Positions 8,241 to 16,268 are shown, numbered from the stretch's first letter. The stretch: DNA of 32,000 bases from Candidatus Woesearchaeota archaeon (GCA_016203175.1 JACQNH010000044.1:6426-38425), one strand, 5' to 3'. Made by a program: numbers and translations. The notes: generated by a model from the sequence alone, not told the origin.

Positions 8241-8277
8241 TTTTCTTTTCCAAGGTTTTCTTTTTCCAAAAGAAAAG
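8241..8277. repeat. intergenic element copy A: TTTTCTTTT-CCAAGG-TTTTCTTTT-tcc-AAAAGAAAA
   Basis: The 9-mer TTTTCTTTT occurs twice directly (8241..8249 and 8256..8264) and once inverted (8268..8276). The last two copies form a 9-bp hairpin with a 3-nt loop. The first 24 nt are identical to copy B at 11930. Confidence 0.7.
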
Positions 8278-8317
8278 CTTTGCTATTCGCCTTTTTTTTC
8301 AGATTCAAGCTTGTGAC

Positions 8318-8425
8318 ATACTCCCACCCATAAAGGGCGTGGGCTTCATAGTTCCATGACAAAAGTTGCCATTGCTGGTAGAGCTTCCATCTCTCTATGC
8401 GTTGATTCGGCTGTGCCCCAACCTA
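8318..8425. other. GC-rich island in an AT-rich spacer; candidate structured RNA, 5' leader or gene remnant
   Basis: My hand count is 52 G+C in 8321..8420, against 31/100 (8221..8320) and 23/100 (8431..8530) in the flanks. It contains a GC hairpin at 8323..8343 (cccaccc-ataaa-gggcgtggg, 7 bp with one bulge). No ORF longer than 38 aa is present. Confidence 0.3.
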
Positions 8426-8460
8426 TCTTTTTAACAGCTTTTAATAGAATAAATCAAACT

Positions 8461-8470
8461 TATTTATAAA
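8461..8470 (-). promoter_or_regulatory. near-consensus TATA box (tttataaata on the minus strand) with a GC-rich BRE-like flank (acgcgccaga)
   Basis: It lies about 40 nt upstream (minus-strand sense) of the GC-rich island and about 290 nt upstream of the 88-aa ORF/radA operon. Its sequence stands out from the surrounding spacer. Confidence 0.3.
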
Positions 8471-8574
8471 TCTGGCGCGTCTATGAAATATACATTACAG
8501 TGCAAAAAATTCTTCAAAATTTTAATAGTATGAGCCCTATAAGTGAAAGTTACACTGTCAAAACCACATTAAAA

Positions 8575-9585
8575 TTAGATCCTTACCTCAATCTCCTTAA
8601 TCATAATAACAGGATCAACTTGTTGAATATCATTAACAACAAATTCTTTCCTTCCAAACATCTCATTCTTCTGTACTTTACCAAGAAAAGTAAACTGCTT
8701 TCCAGCAATATCGTTTTTAATCCTTTCAAAAGCATTTATATCATCTTTTAACAATTTAACATCCTCCATACTTAATCCTAAAACCTTTGCAACATTTTCT
8801 CTAAAACAAGTAGCTCTTATATTGTCCGTACCATCATCAAAATACATATTTAATATTGGTACAAGCTCTCCATGTACAAACCCATGAGTCTGACAAAAAC
8901 TTTTTCCATCCCTAATTTCTACCTTTTTAGAACAATTACCACAAGATTCATAAAATCTAGGCTCAAAAACCTGAATAACAGTCCCACTAATACTTACCCC
9001 AATATCATTTTCCATTAATTCTACAATCTTTTTATTAATAACCTGTCTTTGCTGCACTTCAACTACATTTTTAAAAGAAATATTTTTAGGGTTTAACTCC
9101 AATTTTCCACCTTTTCCTAAATGCACCTCTTTTGCCCCATTATTCTGCCTTATTCCTCCACCAACAACATGCAAAACAGAACCACTAGGAATTAAGCCCT
9201 TAGACAGATTATCAATTATAGGTTCATCCCAAATAACAACTCTAATTGCCTGAGTATCATCCCCAACAAATAAATTAGCAACCCTACCTTCTCTTCCATT
9301 CTTATTAAAACTCCTAATAGCATCGATTTTTAATAGTTTACCATAAAAAGAAATGTTCCTCATTCCCTCAGTTAATTCTTCAATCTTAAAATCCTTGCCA
9401 CTATAATCCTCAAAAACACTAACCCCCAACTCGTTAGCAATTATATGTACTGCACCTTGTTTGCTTATTAAATCAGACAATTTAGACAACTTCTCATTAA
9501 CCCTAGAATTAATCTCATGCTCGCTTAAACCCTTCTCTTTTTTTATCTTTTCTATAATTTGTTCGTAAGTTAGCTGCGAAATCAT
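8575..9585 (-). CDS. rpa: replication protein A (RPA41-like ssDNA-binding protein with OB folds and a zinc finger)
   Basis: The N-terminus is MISQLTYEQIIEKIKKEKGLSEHEI...LISKQGAVHIIANELGV, which is colinear with euryarchaeal RPA41 N-termini. An OB-fold-like segment follows (GRVANLFVGDDTQAIRVVIWDE). The zinc finger is CGNCSKKVEIRDGKSFCQTHG, of C-x2-C...C-x2-H type. Confidence 0.75.
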   Translation of the reverse strand: MISQLTYEQIIEKIKKEKGLSEHEINSRVNEKLSKLSDLISKQGAVHIIANELGVSVFEDYSGKDFKIEELTEGMRNISFYGKLLKIDAIRSFNKNGREGRVANLFVGDDTQAIRVVIWDEPIIDNLSKGLIPSGSVLHVVGGGIRQNNGAKEVHLGKGGKLELNPKNISFKNVVEVQQRQVINKKIVELMENDIGVSISGTVIQVFEPRFYESCGNCSKKVEIRDGKSFCQTHGFVHGELVPILNMYFDDGTDNIRATCFRENVAKVLGLSMEDVKLLKDDINAFERIKNDIAGKQFTFLGKVQKNEMFGRKEFVVNDIQQVDPVIMIKEIEVRI

Positions 9586-9676
9586 TTTAGAAATTTTAAG
9601 AATTCAATTTTATTTAAAAACATTATTGTTCTCTAGTTGTACGTACACTATAAAGTGAAAAATAATTTTTACTATT

Positions 9677-10405
9677 TTACCTCTTCACAACATATTTTAT
9701 CTCAAAAGTTTCAACATCTCCACGATAAAATAATTTCTTACCCGCATCAACCATAACAATAACATAATCCATTTTATCATCAAAAGAAACATTTAATCTA
9801 CTTAAGTCAAAAGGGGAATTATTCAAGCATTTATTCAAATTTGTCTTTTCAACCTTAACACAATCCCTAATTAAACCAAATAACCTAAAACTATCTTCAA
9901 AAAAATTAAAATCTTTAAGCTCAATACTAAATTCAGGCTCTATTTTAAACCAAATATCCTTATCTTCATCAAAAATTTCAACACTTTTACCTTTTCCAGT
10001 AATTTTATCAGTTATTTGAACCTCTTTTTCTTCAAATTCTTTATAATTTAAATTTTTAAAATCTATAATTAAGTCATTTAAATTTTTTAAGAATTCTTTT
10101 TTTAATTCACCTTTAAAATCAGGCTTAGAACTCGTTTTAGTTCCTATAGGCTCACTTAATTTACTCCAACCACCATTTTTCCCTAATCTCAATAAACTTC
10201 TCTTATAAGCCTCTAAAGCAAAATAATTCAAATTAAAATTTATTTCATCTCCAATTTGATATAATTTCAATAACCTAACCTCATCGCTCCCATAATAATT
10301 CTTTCCTAAAGTACCTTTGCTAGTAACTTGATACTCTATTAACAAAAATATAGCTACTATAAACCCAATACTTGCTATAATCATTAAAAACCCTTTCTTA
10401 TTCAT
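9677..10405 (-). CDS. prepilin-like protein (class III signal peptide)
   Basis: The N-terminus is MNKKG/FLMIIASIGFIVAIFLLI. It is the last gene of the pilin operon. Its ATG overlaps the upstream stop by 8 nt. Confidence 0.6.
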   Translation of the reverse strand: MNKKGFLMIIASIGFIVAIFLLIEYQVTSKGTLGKNYYGSDEVRLLKLYQIGDEINFNLNYFALEAYKRSLLRLGKNGGWSKLSEPIGTKTSSKPDFKGELKKEFLKNLNDLIIDFKNLNYKEFEEKEVQITDKITGKGKSVEIFDEDKDIWFKIEPEFSIELKDFNFFEDSFRLFGLIRDCVKVEKTNLNKCLNNSPFDLSRLNVSFDDKMDYVIVMVDAGKKLFYRGDVETFEIKYVVKR

Positions 10406-11126
10406 AAAATCTCCTCCCTATAATACAAGAATGTAAATCCACAGTTATATCCCCATCATAATTCTTACTTTTCAAGCTAGAATGTCCATAAGAACGATAA
10501 AAATACTTATTTCCTGAAAAACCAGAAGATTCTAAGCACCATTCAGCTTCAGAAACATCATCAACAGAAAAAAGATCCTTATTTCTAGATTCAATAATAT
10601 TTATAGTTGGTTCACGTAATACTTCAGGTGGGCTTCTAGAAAAACCTTTATTTATAATCCTAATAAAATAAAAAGTACCAAGCTTTTCAAATCTAAAAAT
10701 TAAAGTATAATCAGGAGTAAATTCAAAATTAATAGATGCTTCAGATGTATACTGATGTGGATAAATTACTCTAAAATAGTTTACAATCTTTACTAAAATT
10801 TCTTTACTTTCTTTTAACTTATCAGAATAAACAGCAGCAATATAAAAGAAGTCCACAACTGTACTATCCTCATCTAAACCAATTTTCACTAGCTTAGACA
10901 AATCTTCTTTTCCTAAAATAGAACCTAAATTAGTATTCAAAAAAGAAATTAAATCATTCTTAATGTCAATAGAAGCAGCATCCTCAAGACCTTGATTAGC
11001 TTGTATTGTAAATCCATTTATTGTAGAGATTAACAAAACAACTCCAACTATAGAAAGTAAAAAAGCTAGTAACAAATCTCCGAATATATCCTCTGTTTGT
11101 CCTTTTTTATTTAGTTTAATCCCCAT
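10398..11126 (-). CDS. prepilin-like protein (class III signal peptide)
   Basis: The N-terminus is MGIKLNKKG/QTEDIFGDLLLAFLLSIVGVVLLI. It overlaps both neighbouring genes. Confidence 0.6.
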   Translation of the reverse strand: MGIKLNKKGQTEDIFGDLLLAFLLSIVGVVLLISTINGFTIQANQGLEDAASIDIKNDLISFLNTNLGSILGKEDLSKLVKIGLDEDSTVVDFFYIAAVYSDKLKESKEILVKIVNYFRVIYPHQYTSEASINFEFTPDYTLIFRFEKLGTFYFIRIINKGFSRSPPEVLREPTINIIESRNKDLFSVDDVSEAEWCLESSGFSGNKYFYRSYGHSSLKSKNYDGDITVDLHSCIIGRRFYE

Positions 11127-11568
11127 ATTCTAACCCCATAACTAAAGTTTTTAATTCCCCATTATTATCTACTAAAACTAAAGCTTTATCGTCTCTTCTT
11201 TTATAACCGCCAATACCATTAGTTATTTCACTTTTAAACAGCTTACCGCCATCAAACAAATTAATCTTAATAGATTTCTTAAAATTACTAGTGCATTTTC
11301 TTAAATTTTCAGAAGTAAATTTATTTAAATCAATTACAGGAATTTTATAAAGATCAGAAGCAAAACAATTAGAACTATGAGTTAAAACATATTTAATTGC
11401 ACTCCCCTCTATAAAATCTTTAGTTTTAAAAGTTTCAGCCTTCATATTTACCAATAAACCATAAAAAGTAACAAAAACAAAAGTTAAAAAAACAGAAGCC
11501 ATAAATATGTACAAAGCCTTCCTTCCTAAATCATAATCACCTTTTTTATTCAAGATCAGTTTTCTCAT
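11116..11568 (-). CDS. prepilin-like protein (class III signal peptide)
   Basis: The N-terminus is MRKLILNKKG/DYDLGRKALYIFMASVFLTFVFVTF. It overlaps the upstream gene by 23 nt. Confidence 0.6.
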   Translation of the reverse strand: MRKLILNKKGDYDLGRKALYIFMASVFLTFVFVTFYGLLVNMKAETFKTKDFIEGSAIKYVLTHSSNCFASDLYKIPVIDLNKFTSENLRKCTSNFKKSIKINLFDGGKLFKSEITNGIGGYKRRDDKALVLVDNNGELKTLVMGLEYGD

Positions 11569-11902
11569 AAATTATAAACCTTCCACCTTTTTTTTCAATA
11601 ATCAATTTCTTTGATCCTAAATTATTAATAATCTTAGTATTTGTTCTTTCTAAATCCACATCATCTCCAGTTATTTTAACGCCATTTCCAACAATATAAG
11701 CTATACTTGCATCCCCATCTGCATTTTTAATTAAAGTCTTGCCCAAATTCAACTGCTCAGATACAGATAAAGCATATCCTTTACTTTCAGCACCAAAAAC
11801 CTGATTTAAAGCAAAAACCATAACTAAAAAAAATAAAAATCCTCCTATAACCTGAAATAGATTCATAGTCTCCAAAACTACAGCATCACCTTTTTTATTC
11901 AT
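11546..11902 (-). CDS. prepilin-like protein (class III signal peptide)
   Basis: The N-terminus is MNKKG/DAVVLETMNLFQVIGGFLFFLVMVFAL. A GAGG SD lies 8 nt upstream of the ATG. Confidence 0.65.
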   Translation of the reverse strand: MNKKGDAVVLETMNLFQVIGGFLFFLVMVFALNQVFGAESKGYALSVSEQLNLGKTLIKNADGDASIAYIVGNGVKITGDDVDLERTNTKIINNLGSKKLIIEKKGGRFIIYEKTDLE

Positions 11903-11929
11903 ATTTTTGCCTCATTTTATTTTGCTAAT

Positions 11930-11964
11930 TTTTCTTTTCCAAGGTTTTCTTTTCTAAAGAAAAG
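11930..11964. repeat. intergenic element copy B: TTTTCTTTT-CCAAGG-TTTTCTTTT-ct-AAAGAAAA
   Basis: The architecture matches copy A, with direct 9-mers at 11930..11938 and 11945..11953 and an inverted 8-mer at 11956..11963. An 8-bp hairpin is retained despite two single-base indels relative to copy A. Confidence 0.7.
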
Positions 11965-11982
11965 TTAGTTTAAATAAATTTC

Positions 11983-13371
11983 TCATTTAGTTGCAGTTAT
12001 ATCGACTTGCGAAATTGGAAAAGTCTTATCATATAAACAAACCTTTCCAGGATTTTTAGGGTCAGATCTAAATTCTAAATCAGTTTTAACCAGATTTTCA
12101 AAAGAATCCTGGTCTTCATAAATATTATCTCCTACAAGATTAGCTATAGCATCAATTTTCAAATCACCACTTCTAAAACTAAAACTAGGAGCACCATCTG
12201 AAGAAGGATCTTTTACCAAAGGATAAACACCTATAAAATCAGGATTAAATACATCTTTTGGAGTCAATAATAAATATTTAAATTCCCTTTCTTTCTCTCT
12301 ACCATTAAATTTACCTAAAAAAGTCTTCTTTTCATTAAAACACAAAGATATAGAATCAATATGCCCCAAATTAATAAATTTAGTATAACTAGTTTTAGTA
12401 CCTTCTGGAAAGATAAGTCGAAAAACTTCTGCTAAAAATTCAAAACCTTCAACTCGCCCCCTTGCAACCTTATTCTTGAATACAGAAATTGCAAGATTAA
12501 AATCCATCCCTTTTTCAGATATTAAAAAAACAGGAGAAAAAATATTCATAACAGCTATTTGATCTGTACTTTTAAAAAACCAATAAGAGCCAACTTTACT
12601 CCCCTGTAAATATAACCTTAATAACAAACTTTTAAAATAATCACTTTGAAGACCAGTAATAGATTCTTTAATATTCTCTTCCAAAATATTTAGTGTCTCA
12701 AAATCAAGCACCCTAAAACCATCGCCTAAAAATACTTCAACAGAATTTAATGAATCATAAAATTTAATTTTTACAGGAACCAAATTAATTGTCTTCTCTA
12801 CATCAAGCTCTAAACTAAATTCAGTACCCCCTTTCCCACCCTTTCCAAAAAAAGCCCCACCTAAACCCAAGGGGCAGTCTATATGATTTATCTCATTTGT
12901 AATCTTAACTAAACCACAATGGGATAATAAATTTTGATCAAAAGGAACACATTTGGCTCTTTTACAAGAAAACTGATCCAAATCTTCAATAAAATCTTCA
13001 CCAAACCCAGGATCTTTTATTTCAGTATTCACAATATTCCCACATTCACAAATACAACTTTTACCTTCACATTCAACATTTTGAGGCTTTGATATTAAAA
13101 AAGAACTAGTTAAAAGATCCCTAAAAAATTTAAACGCATATTTATCATCTTTCCCATAAACAACAACAGGCTTATTAAAATCACAATCAAAACTAATCTC
13201 TTTTCCAGGATTCTTTATAGCCTCTTGAACATTACTAACCAACAAACCAAAACAATCACGCTCAAAACCTAAAAAAAGTTTTATACCATATATTGCTATA
13301 GTACCCATAATTAAAAATAAAATTAATCCAACAACGAAACTTAAACTTTCAGCTTGTCCTCTTTTAAACAT
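11983..13371 (-). CDS. large prepilin-like protein with a Cys-rich ectodomain (candidate minor pilin or tip adhesin)
   Basis: The N-terminus is MFKRG/QAESLSFVVGLILFLIMGTIAIYGI. A Cys-rich segment follows (DCFG, FDCDF, ECEGKSCICECGN, FSCKRAKCVP, SHCG, IDCPLG), then about 290 aa without Cys. Confidence 0.6.
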   Translation of the reverse strand: MFKRGQAESLSFVVGLILFLIMGTIAIYGIKLFLGFERDCFGLLVSNVQEAIKNPGKEISFDCDFNKPVVVYGKDDKYAFKFFRDLLTSSFLISKPQNVECEGKSCICECGNIVNTEIKDPGFGEDFIEDLDQFSCKRAKCVPFDQNLLSHCGLVKITNEINHIDCPLGLGGAFFGKGGKGGTEFSLELDVEKTINLVPVKIKFYDSLNSVEVFLGDGFRVLDFETLNILEENIKESITGLQSDYFKSLLLRLYLQGSKVGSYWFFKSTDQIAVMNIFSPVFLISEKGMDFNLAISVFKNKVARGRVEGFEFLAEVFRLIFPEGTKTSYTKFINLGHIDSISLCFNEKKTFLGKFNGREKEREFKYLLLTPKDVFNPDFIGVYPLVKDPSSDGAPSFSFRSGDLKIDAIANLVGDNIYEDQDSFENLVKTDLEFRSDPKNPGKVCLYDKTFPISQVDITATK

Positions 13372-13380
13372 TTCATCACC

Positions 13381-13545
13381 TTAAATTTTTGGCCACAATT
13401 TTAAAATATCACTCCAAAATCCCTTTATAGTCTCTCCAAACTTTCCAGTAACACCATATAATGCAATTAAAACAACAACTAAAACAACTAAAGCAATTGC
13501 AGCTACAATAATCCAGTTTATCTCTAAATCCCCTTTTTTGTCCAT
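13381..13545 (-). CDS. mini prepilin-like protein (54 aa); not in the ORF track
   Basis: Hand translation gives MDKKG/DLEINWIIVAAIALVVLVVVLIALYGVTGKFGETIKGFWSDILKLWPKI*. It has the same KKG plus hydrophobic-helix signature as its neighbours. It ends 9 nt before the next ATG. Confidence 0.6.
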   Translation of the reverse strand: MDKKGDLEINWIIVAAIALVVLVVVLIALYGVTGKFGETIKGFWSDILKLWPKI

Positions 13546-13579
13546 AAATTAATTAATAAAATTAGTTATATAAATGTTT

Positions 13580-13954
13580 TCATGTACATTTAGTAATTGT
13601 TACACAACTAACACCTAAATCTAATTCTTTTGTTAGTTTTCCAGGCTTATTAGATACACTACTACACTTATAAATTTCATCTTCACTACTATATTTCTTA
13701 TCTTTATCCCTATCAATCCAATAAAAAGCATTACAATAATTTGATTTATCATCTAAACTGCAAAAAGCTTGGCATTGATTTCTCCACAAATTCAACTGTT
13801 GCTGACTTACTTGAATAGTTTCAGGCACTCCACCCAATAGCCTTTCAGCTCCACCAGTAAAAAATACCAAAGCAATAACTAAAACAACTAAACCTATAGC
13901 TGCGATTATAATAAAATTCAAAGATAATTCAGCCCCTTTTTTACCTAAAGCCAT
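13580..13954 (-). CDS. prepilin (candidate major pilin; first gene of the distal pilin operon)
   Basis: The N-terminus is MALGKKG/AELSLNFIIIAAIGLVVLVIALVFF. The globular domain is short, giving 124 aa in total, with 6 Cys. It is promoter-proximal. Confidence 0.7.
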   Translation of the reverse strand: MALGKKGAELSLNFIIIAAIGLVVLVIALVFFTGGAERLLGGVPETIQVSQQQLNLWRNQCQAFCSLDDKSNYCNAFYWIDRDKDKKYSSEDEIYKCSSVSNKPGKLTKELDLGVSCVTITKCT

Positions 13955-14005
13955 AAAACTTCAATACCAGTTATCTATTTAAATATTTCTAATTTGTATT
14001 TAATA

Positions 14006-14782
14006 ATGAATAAAATCAACCTAGAAAAGCCAAATATCGAATTTTTAATAAATAAAGGCTTTAAATGTTTAGATCTTCATATGCATTCAAATTTCTCAGA
14101 TGGCTCTTCAACACCAGAAGAAATTGCCAAAATAGCAGAAAAAAAGAATCTAATAATCTCCATAACTGACCATAATGAAATAGAGGGTGTTAAAAAAGCA
14201 ATAGAAATTAACAAAAACATAATAATCCCAGGAATAGAATTAACATCAAGAAATTCCAAAGACATACTAGTTTATTTTTACAACTTTAAAGACCTGGAAG
14301 ACTTTTACAATAAACACATTAAAAATAATAAAATTCATCCAGGAAAAGGTTTTGATCTAAAATGTTTAAAACTTTCAATGAAATCTATTTTAAATTATCT
14401 TAAAAATTATAAATGTATAAAAGTTATTCCTCATCCATTCGCATTAAAACCAAAAACAAATTATAGGTATTTCAAAAAAAGACCCCAGTTATTAAGAAAA
14501 ATGGATGCAATAGAAGTTTTACAATGCATTCAAACAAGAAAAAAAACAATAAAGTCAATTGGATGGGCAGAATCTATAAATAAACCAATGCTCGGTGGTT
14601 CAGACTCGCATACGCCAGAAACAATAGGCTCAGTTATAACAGCAGTGAAAGCAAAAGATATAAAAGAAATCTTAGATCAGATTAAAAAAGGAAAAACATT
14701 TATTTATGGTTTAGAACTCCCTTTATATCAAAAAATGAAAATAATGTTAAGATTGTTATTCAGAAACCTAAAATTAAAATGA
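14006..14782 (+). CDS. PHP-domain metal-dependent phosphoesterase
   Basis: The motifs LDLHMHSNFSDGS, ISITDHNEIEG, VIPHPF and GGSDSHTPETIG are the PHP family His/Asp motifs, in order. The tracked start at 13994 is a TTG, so I prefer the ATG at 14006 (MNKINLEK). Confidence 0.8.
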   Translation: MNKINLEKPNIEFLINKGFKCLDLHMHSNFSDGSSTPEEIAKIAEKKNLIISITDHNEIEGVKKAIEINKNIIIPGIELTSRNSKDILVYFYNFKDLEDFYNKHIKNNKIHPGKGFDLKCLKLSMKSILNYLKNYKCIKVIPHPFALKPKTNYRYFKKRPQLLRKMDAIEVLQCIQTRKKTIKSIGWAESINKPMLGGSDSHTPETIGSVITAVKAKDIKEILDQIKKGKTFIYGLELPLYQKMKIMLRLLFRNLKLK

Positions 14783-15327
14783 TAAACTTAATAATAAAAG
14801 CAATTTATTTCTTTCTTCCAGCCTATTTCGCAAACATGGCTCCACCAATTATTTTTAATATTCCATTTATCAAAAAAATTAATTACCCCATGGATTTTAA
14901 AAGAAATTTATTCAAAAAAAGGATCTTTGGTGATCATAAGACCATTTTAGGCTCTTTATCTGGTATTTTAGCATCAATTTTAATCTTCTTAATTCAAAAA
15001 TATTTATTTAATTTCAATTTCTTTCAAAACATTTCTTTAATAAACTACAATGAATTCAATCTACTATTTCCACTTTTATTAGGTTTTGGAGCAATTTCAG
15101 GGGATTTAATTAAAAGTTTCATAAAAAGAAGATTAAACATAAAACCAGGTGCATCTTTTCCAGTATTTGACCAGTTAGACTTTGTAATTGGAGCATTAAT
15201 ATTTTTATATTTTATCTACTTACCTTCAATAAGTATAATTTTGACTTTAATAATTTTAACACCTATATTATGTATTTTAATAAATTTTATAGCATTTAAA
15301 TTAAAATTAAAAAAAGTCTGGTATTAA
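14779..15327 (+). CDS. carS: CDP-archaeol synthase (CDP-2,3-bis-O-geranylgeranyl-sn-glycerol synthase, DUF46 family)
   Basis: The motifs are FLPAYFANMAPPI, RIFGDHKTILGSLSG, GDLIKSFIKRRLNIKPG and PVFDQLDFVIGA. It is a membrane protein of about 180 aa. There is an ATGA overlap with the PHP gene. Confidence 0.8.
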   Translation: MINLIIKAIYFFLPAYFANMAPPIIFNIPFIKKINYPMDFKRNLFKKRIFGDHKTILGSLSGILASILIFLIQKYLFNFNFFQNISLINYNEFNLLFPLLLGFGAISGDLIKSFIKRRLNIKPGASFPVFDQLDFVIGALIFLYFIYLPSISIILTLIILTPILCILINFIAFKLKLKKVWY

Positions 15328-16107
15328 TCACCTCTTTCTATATTGATAAGGATAAGCCCCAGTTTTTAATTTTGTAATTTCAAACTTATTTGTATCCCGA
15401 ATAAAATCATCAAGTAAACCATTAGTGTCCTTATCAAAAATAAAACCAAGATTACTAACTGCAACATTGTTATAATTAAAGAAAGTATAAGCTAAGATTG
15501 GAGCATAGAGTTTTTGACTTAAAACATAATCTGGTAAAATTCTCGCATTCAATCCTTGACGATCATAATAAATTTGCAAATCATTTTCATAAAAATTAAT
15601 AAAATCGCTAACAATAAAACCCCCTTTAGAACCAACAAAGTAACCAAATTCAACTCCAATATCATTTTTAAAAGATTTTTTCTGTATAAACTTATTTTGT
15701 AACTTATCAAATAATAAAAAAACTAAAACCTTTTTATCTTTAGAATTTTGAACATGAATTTCATAATCTTCTTTTAATAGTACTAATTTTCTTAAACCCA
15801 TAATTTTCATCTTGTCAGGTTCTTTAATTACACTTTCAAAAGCACTTACAACCTCATCAAAAGCCTTTTTAGCATTTGCAGCAGGATCACCATAAACTCT
15901 TTCAATACCGCTTCCTTTCAAACCAAAAACCTCTTTAAATTGACTAACAATATCGCTTGTTGTACCTTTTAATTCACCTCTAAACTTTGTAGCAGTTTCA
16001 CCTGTAGAAAAAGATAAATAACCAATCCCAACAATAAAAATTAATACTAAAGCTATTCCACCATAAACCAATTCCTCATGCTCAACAGCCCCTTTTTTTG
16101 TAAACAT
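15328..16107 (-). CDS. prepilin-like protein (class III signal peptide)
   Basis: Starting at the ATG at 16107, the N-terminus is MFTKKG/AVEHEELVYGGIALVLIFIVGIGYL. The tracked start at 16119 is a TTG and would overlap the preceding mini-ORF. Confidence 0.6.
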   Translation of the reverse strand: MFTKKGAVEHEELVYGGIALVLIFIVGIGYLSFSTGETATKFRGELKGTTSDIVSQFKEVFGLKGSGIERVYGDPAANAKKAFDEVVSAFESVIKEPDKMKIMGLRKLVLLKEDYEIHVQNSKDKKVLVFLLFDKLQNKFIQKKSFKNDIGVEFGYFVGSKGGFIVSDFINFYENDLQIYYDRQGLNARILPDYVLSQKLYAPILAYTFFNYNNVAVSNLGFIFDKDTNGLLDDFIRDTNKFEITKLKTGAYPYQYRKR

Positions 16108-16109
16108 TT

Positions 16110-16268
16110 TCAACCCCAAAAAGTTCCTTTAAATACTTCTTTAAAATAATTTATTACTCCTTCCCTAATTTCATTTGATATTAAAAAATATATAATAACA
16201 ATAATTAATATTATAACTAATGCAACAATATAATCCCAGTGTATCGCTCCTCTTTTAAATTTAAGCAC
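16110..16268 (-). CDS. mini prepilin-like protein (52 aa, GTG start); not in the ORF track
   Basis: Hand translation gives (GTG)M-LKFKRG/AIHWDYIVALVIILIIVIIYFLISNEIREGVINYFKEVFKGTFWG*. The GTG overlaps the upstream stop (GTGCTTAA). The stop TGA at 16112..16110 lies 2 nt before the next ATG. No ATG is available in this frame. Confidence 0.5.
   Translation of the reverse strand: MLKFKRGAIHWDYIVALVIILIIVIIYFLISNEIREGVINYFKEVFKGTFWG

Noticed and set aside
8125-8316. 63-aa plus-strand ORF across the 88-aa gene start and repeat copy A
   Set aside because: It is a Phe/Leu/Ser-rich translation of a T-rich spacer. It overlaps a better-supported minus-strand gene and the repeat element.
8335-8420. 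tRNA or tRNA-remnant hypothesis for the GC-rich island
   Set aside because: The plus strand contains TGGTAGAGC (D-loop-like) and a possible 7-bp terminal helix, GGGCGUG/UGUGCCC, with three G-U pairs. No D stem, anticodon arm or GTTCRAATC T-loop can be formed. The similarity is too fragmentary.
8318-8440. 5S rRNA hypothesis for the GC-rich island
   Set aside because: The minus strand has short resemblances to 5S motifs: GGAAC..GAAGCCC, and GGGAGUAUG versus GGGAGUACUG. I could not find a terminal helix I. The distances of these motifs from any plausible 5' end do not fit a roughly 120-nt 5S layout.
8500-8751. 83-aa plus-strand ORF overlapping the 3' end of the RPA gene
   Set aside because: It is antisense to the RPA-like gene and has low-complexity sequence.
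8241-11964. CRISPR or other array interpretation of the repeated TTTTCTTTT element
   Set aside because: There are only two copies, 3.7 kb apart, separated by ordinary genes. There is no repeat-spacer periodicity and no cas genes. I treat it as a dispersed intergenic element.
14077-14265. 62-aa minus-strand ORF inside the PHP gene
   Set aside because: It is antisense to a gene with ordered PHP motifs.
13994-16119. Tracked start codons at 13994 and 16119
   Set aside because: Both are TTG codons that the ORF track translates as Met. Nearby ATGs at 14006 and 16107 avoid overlaps. The ATG at 16107 also gives a canonical MFTKKG class III signal.
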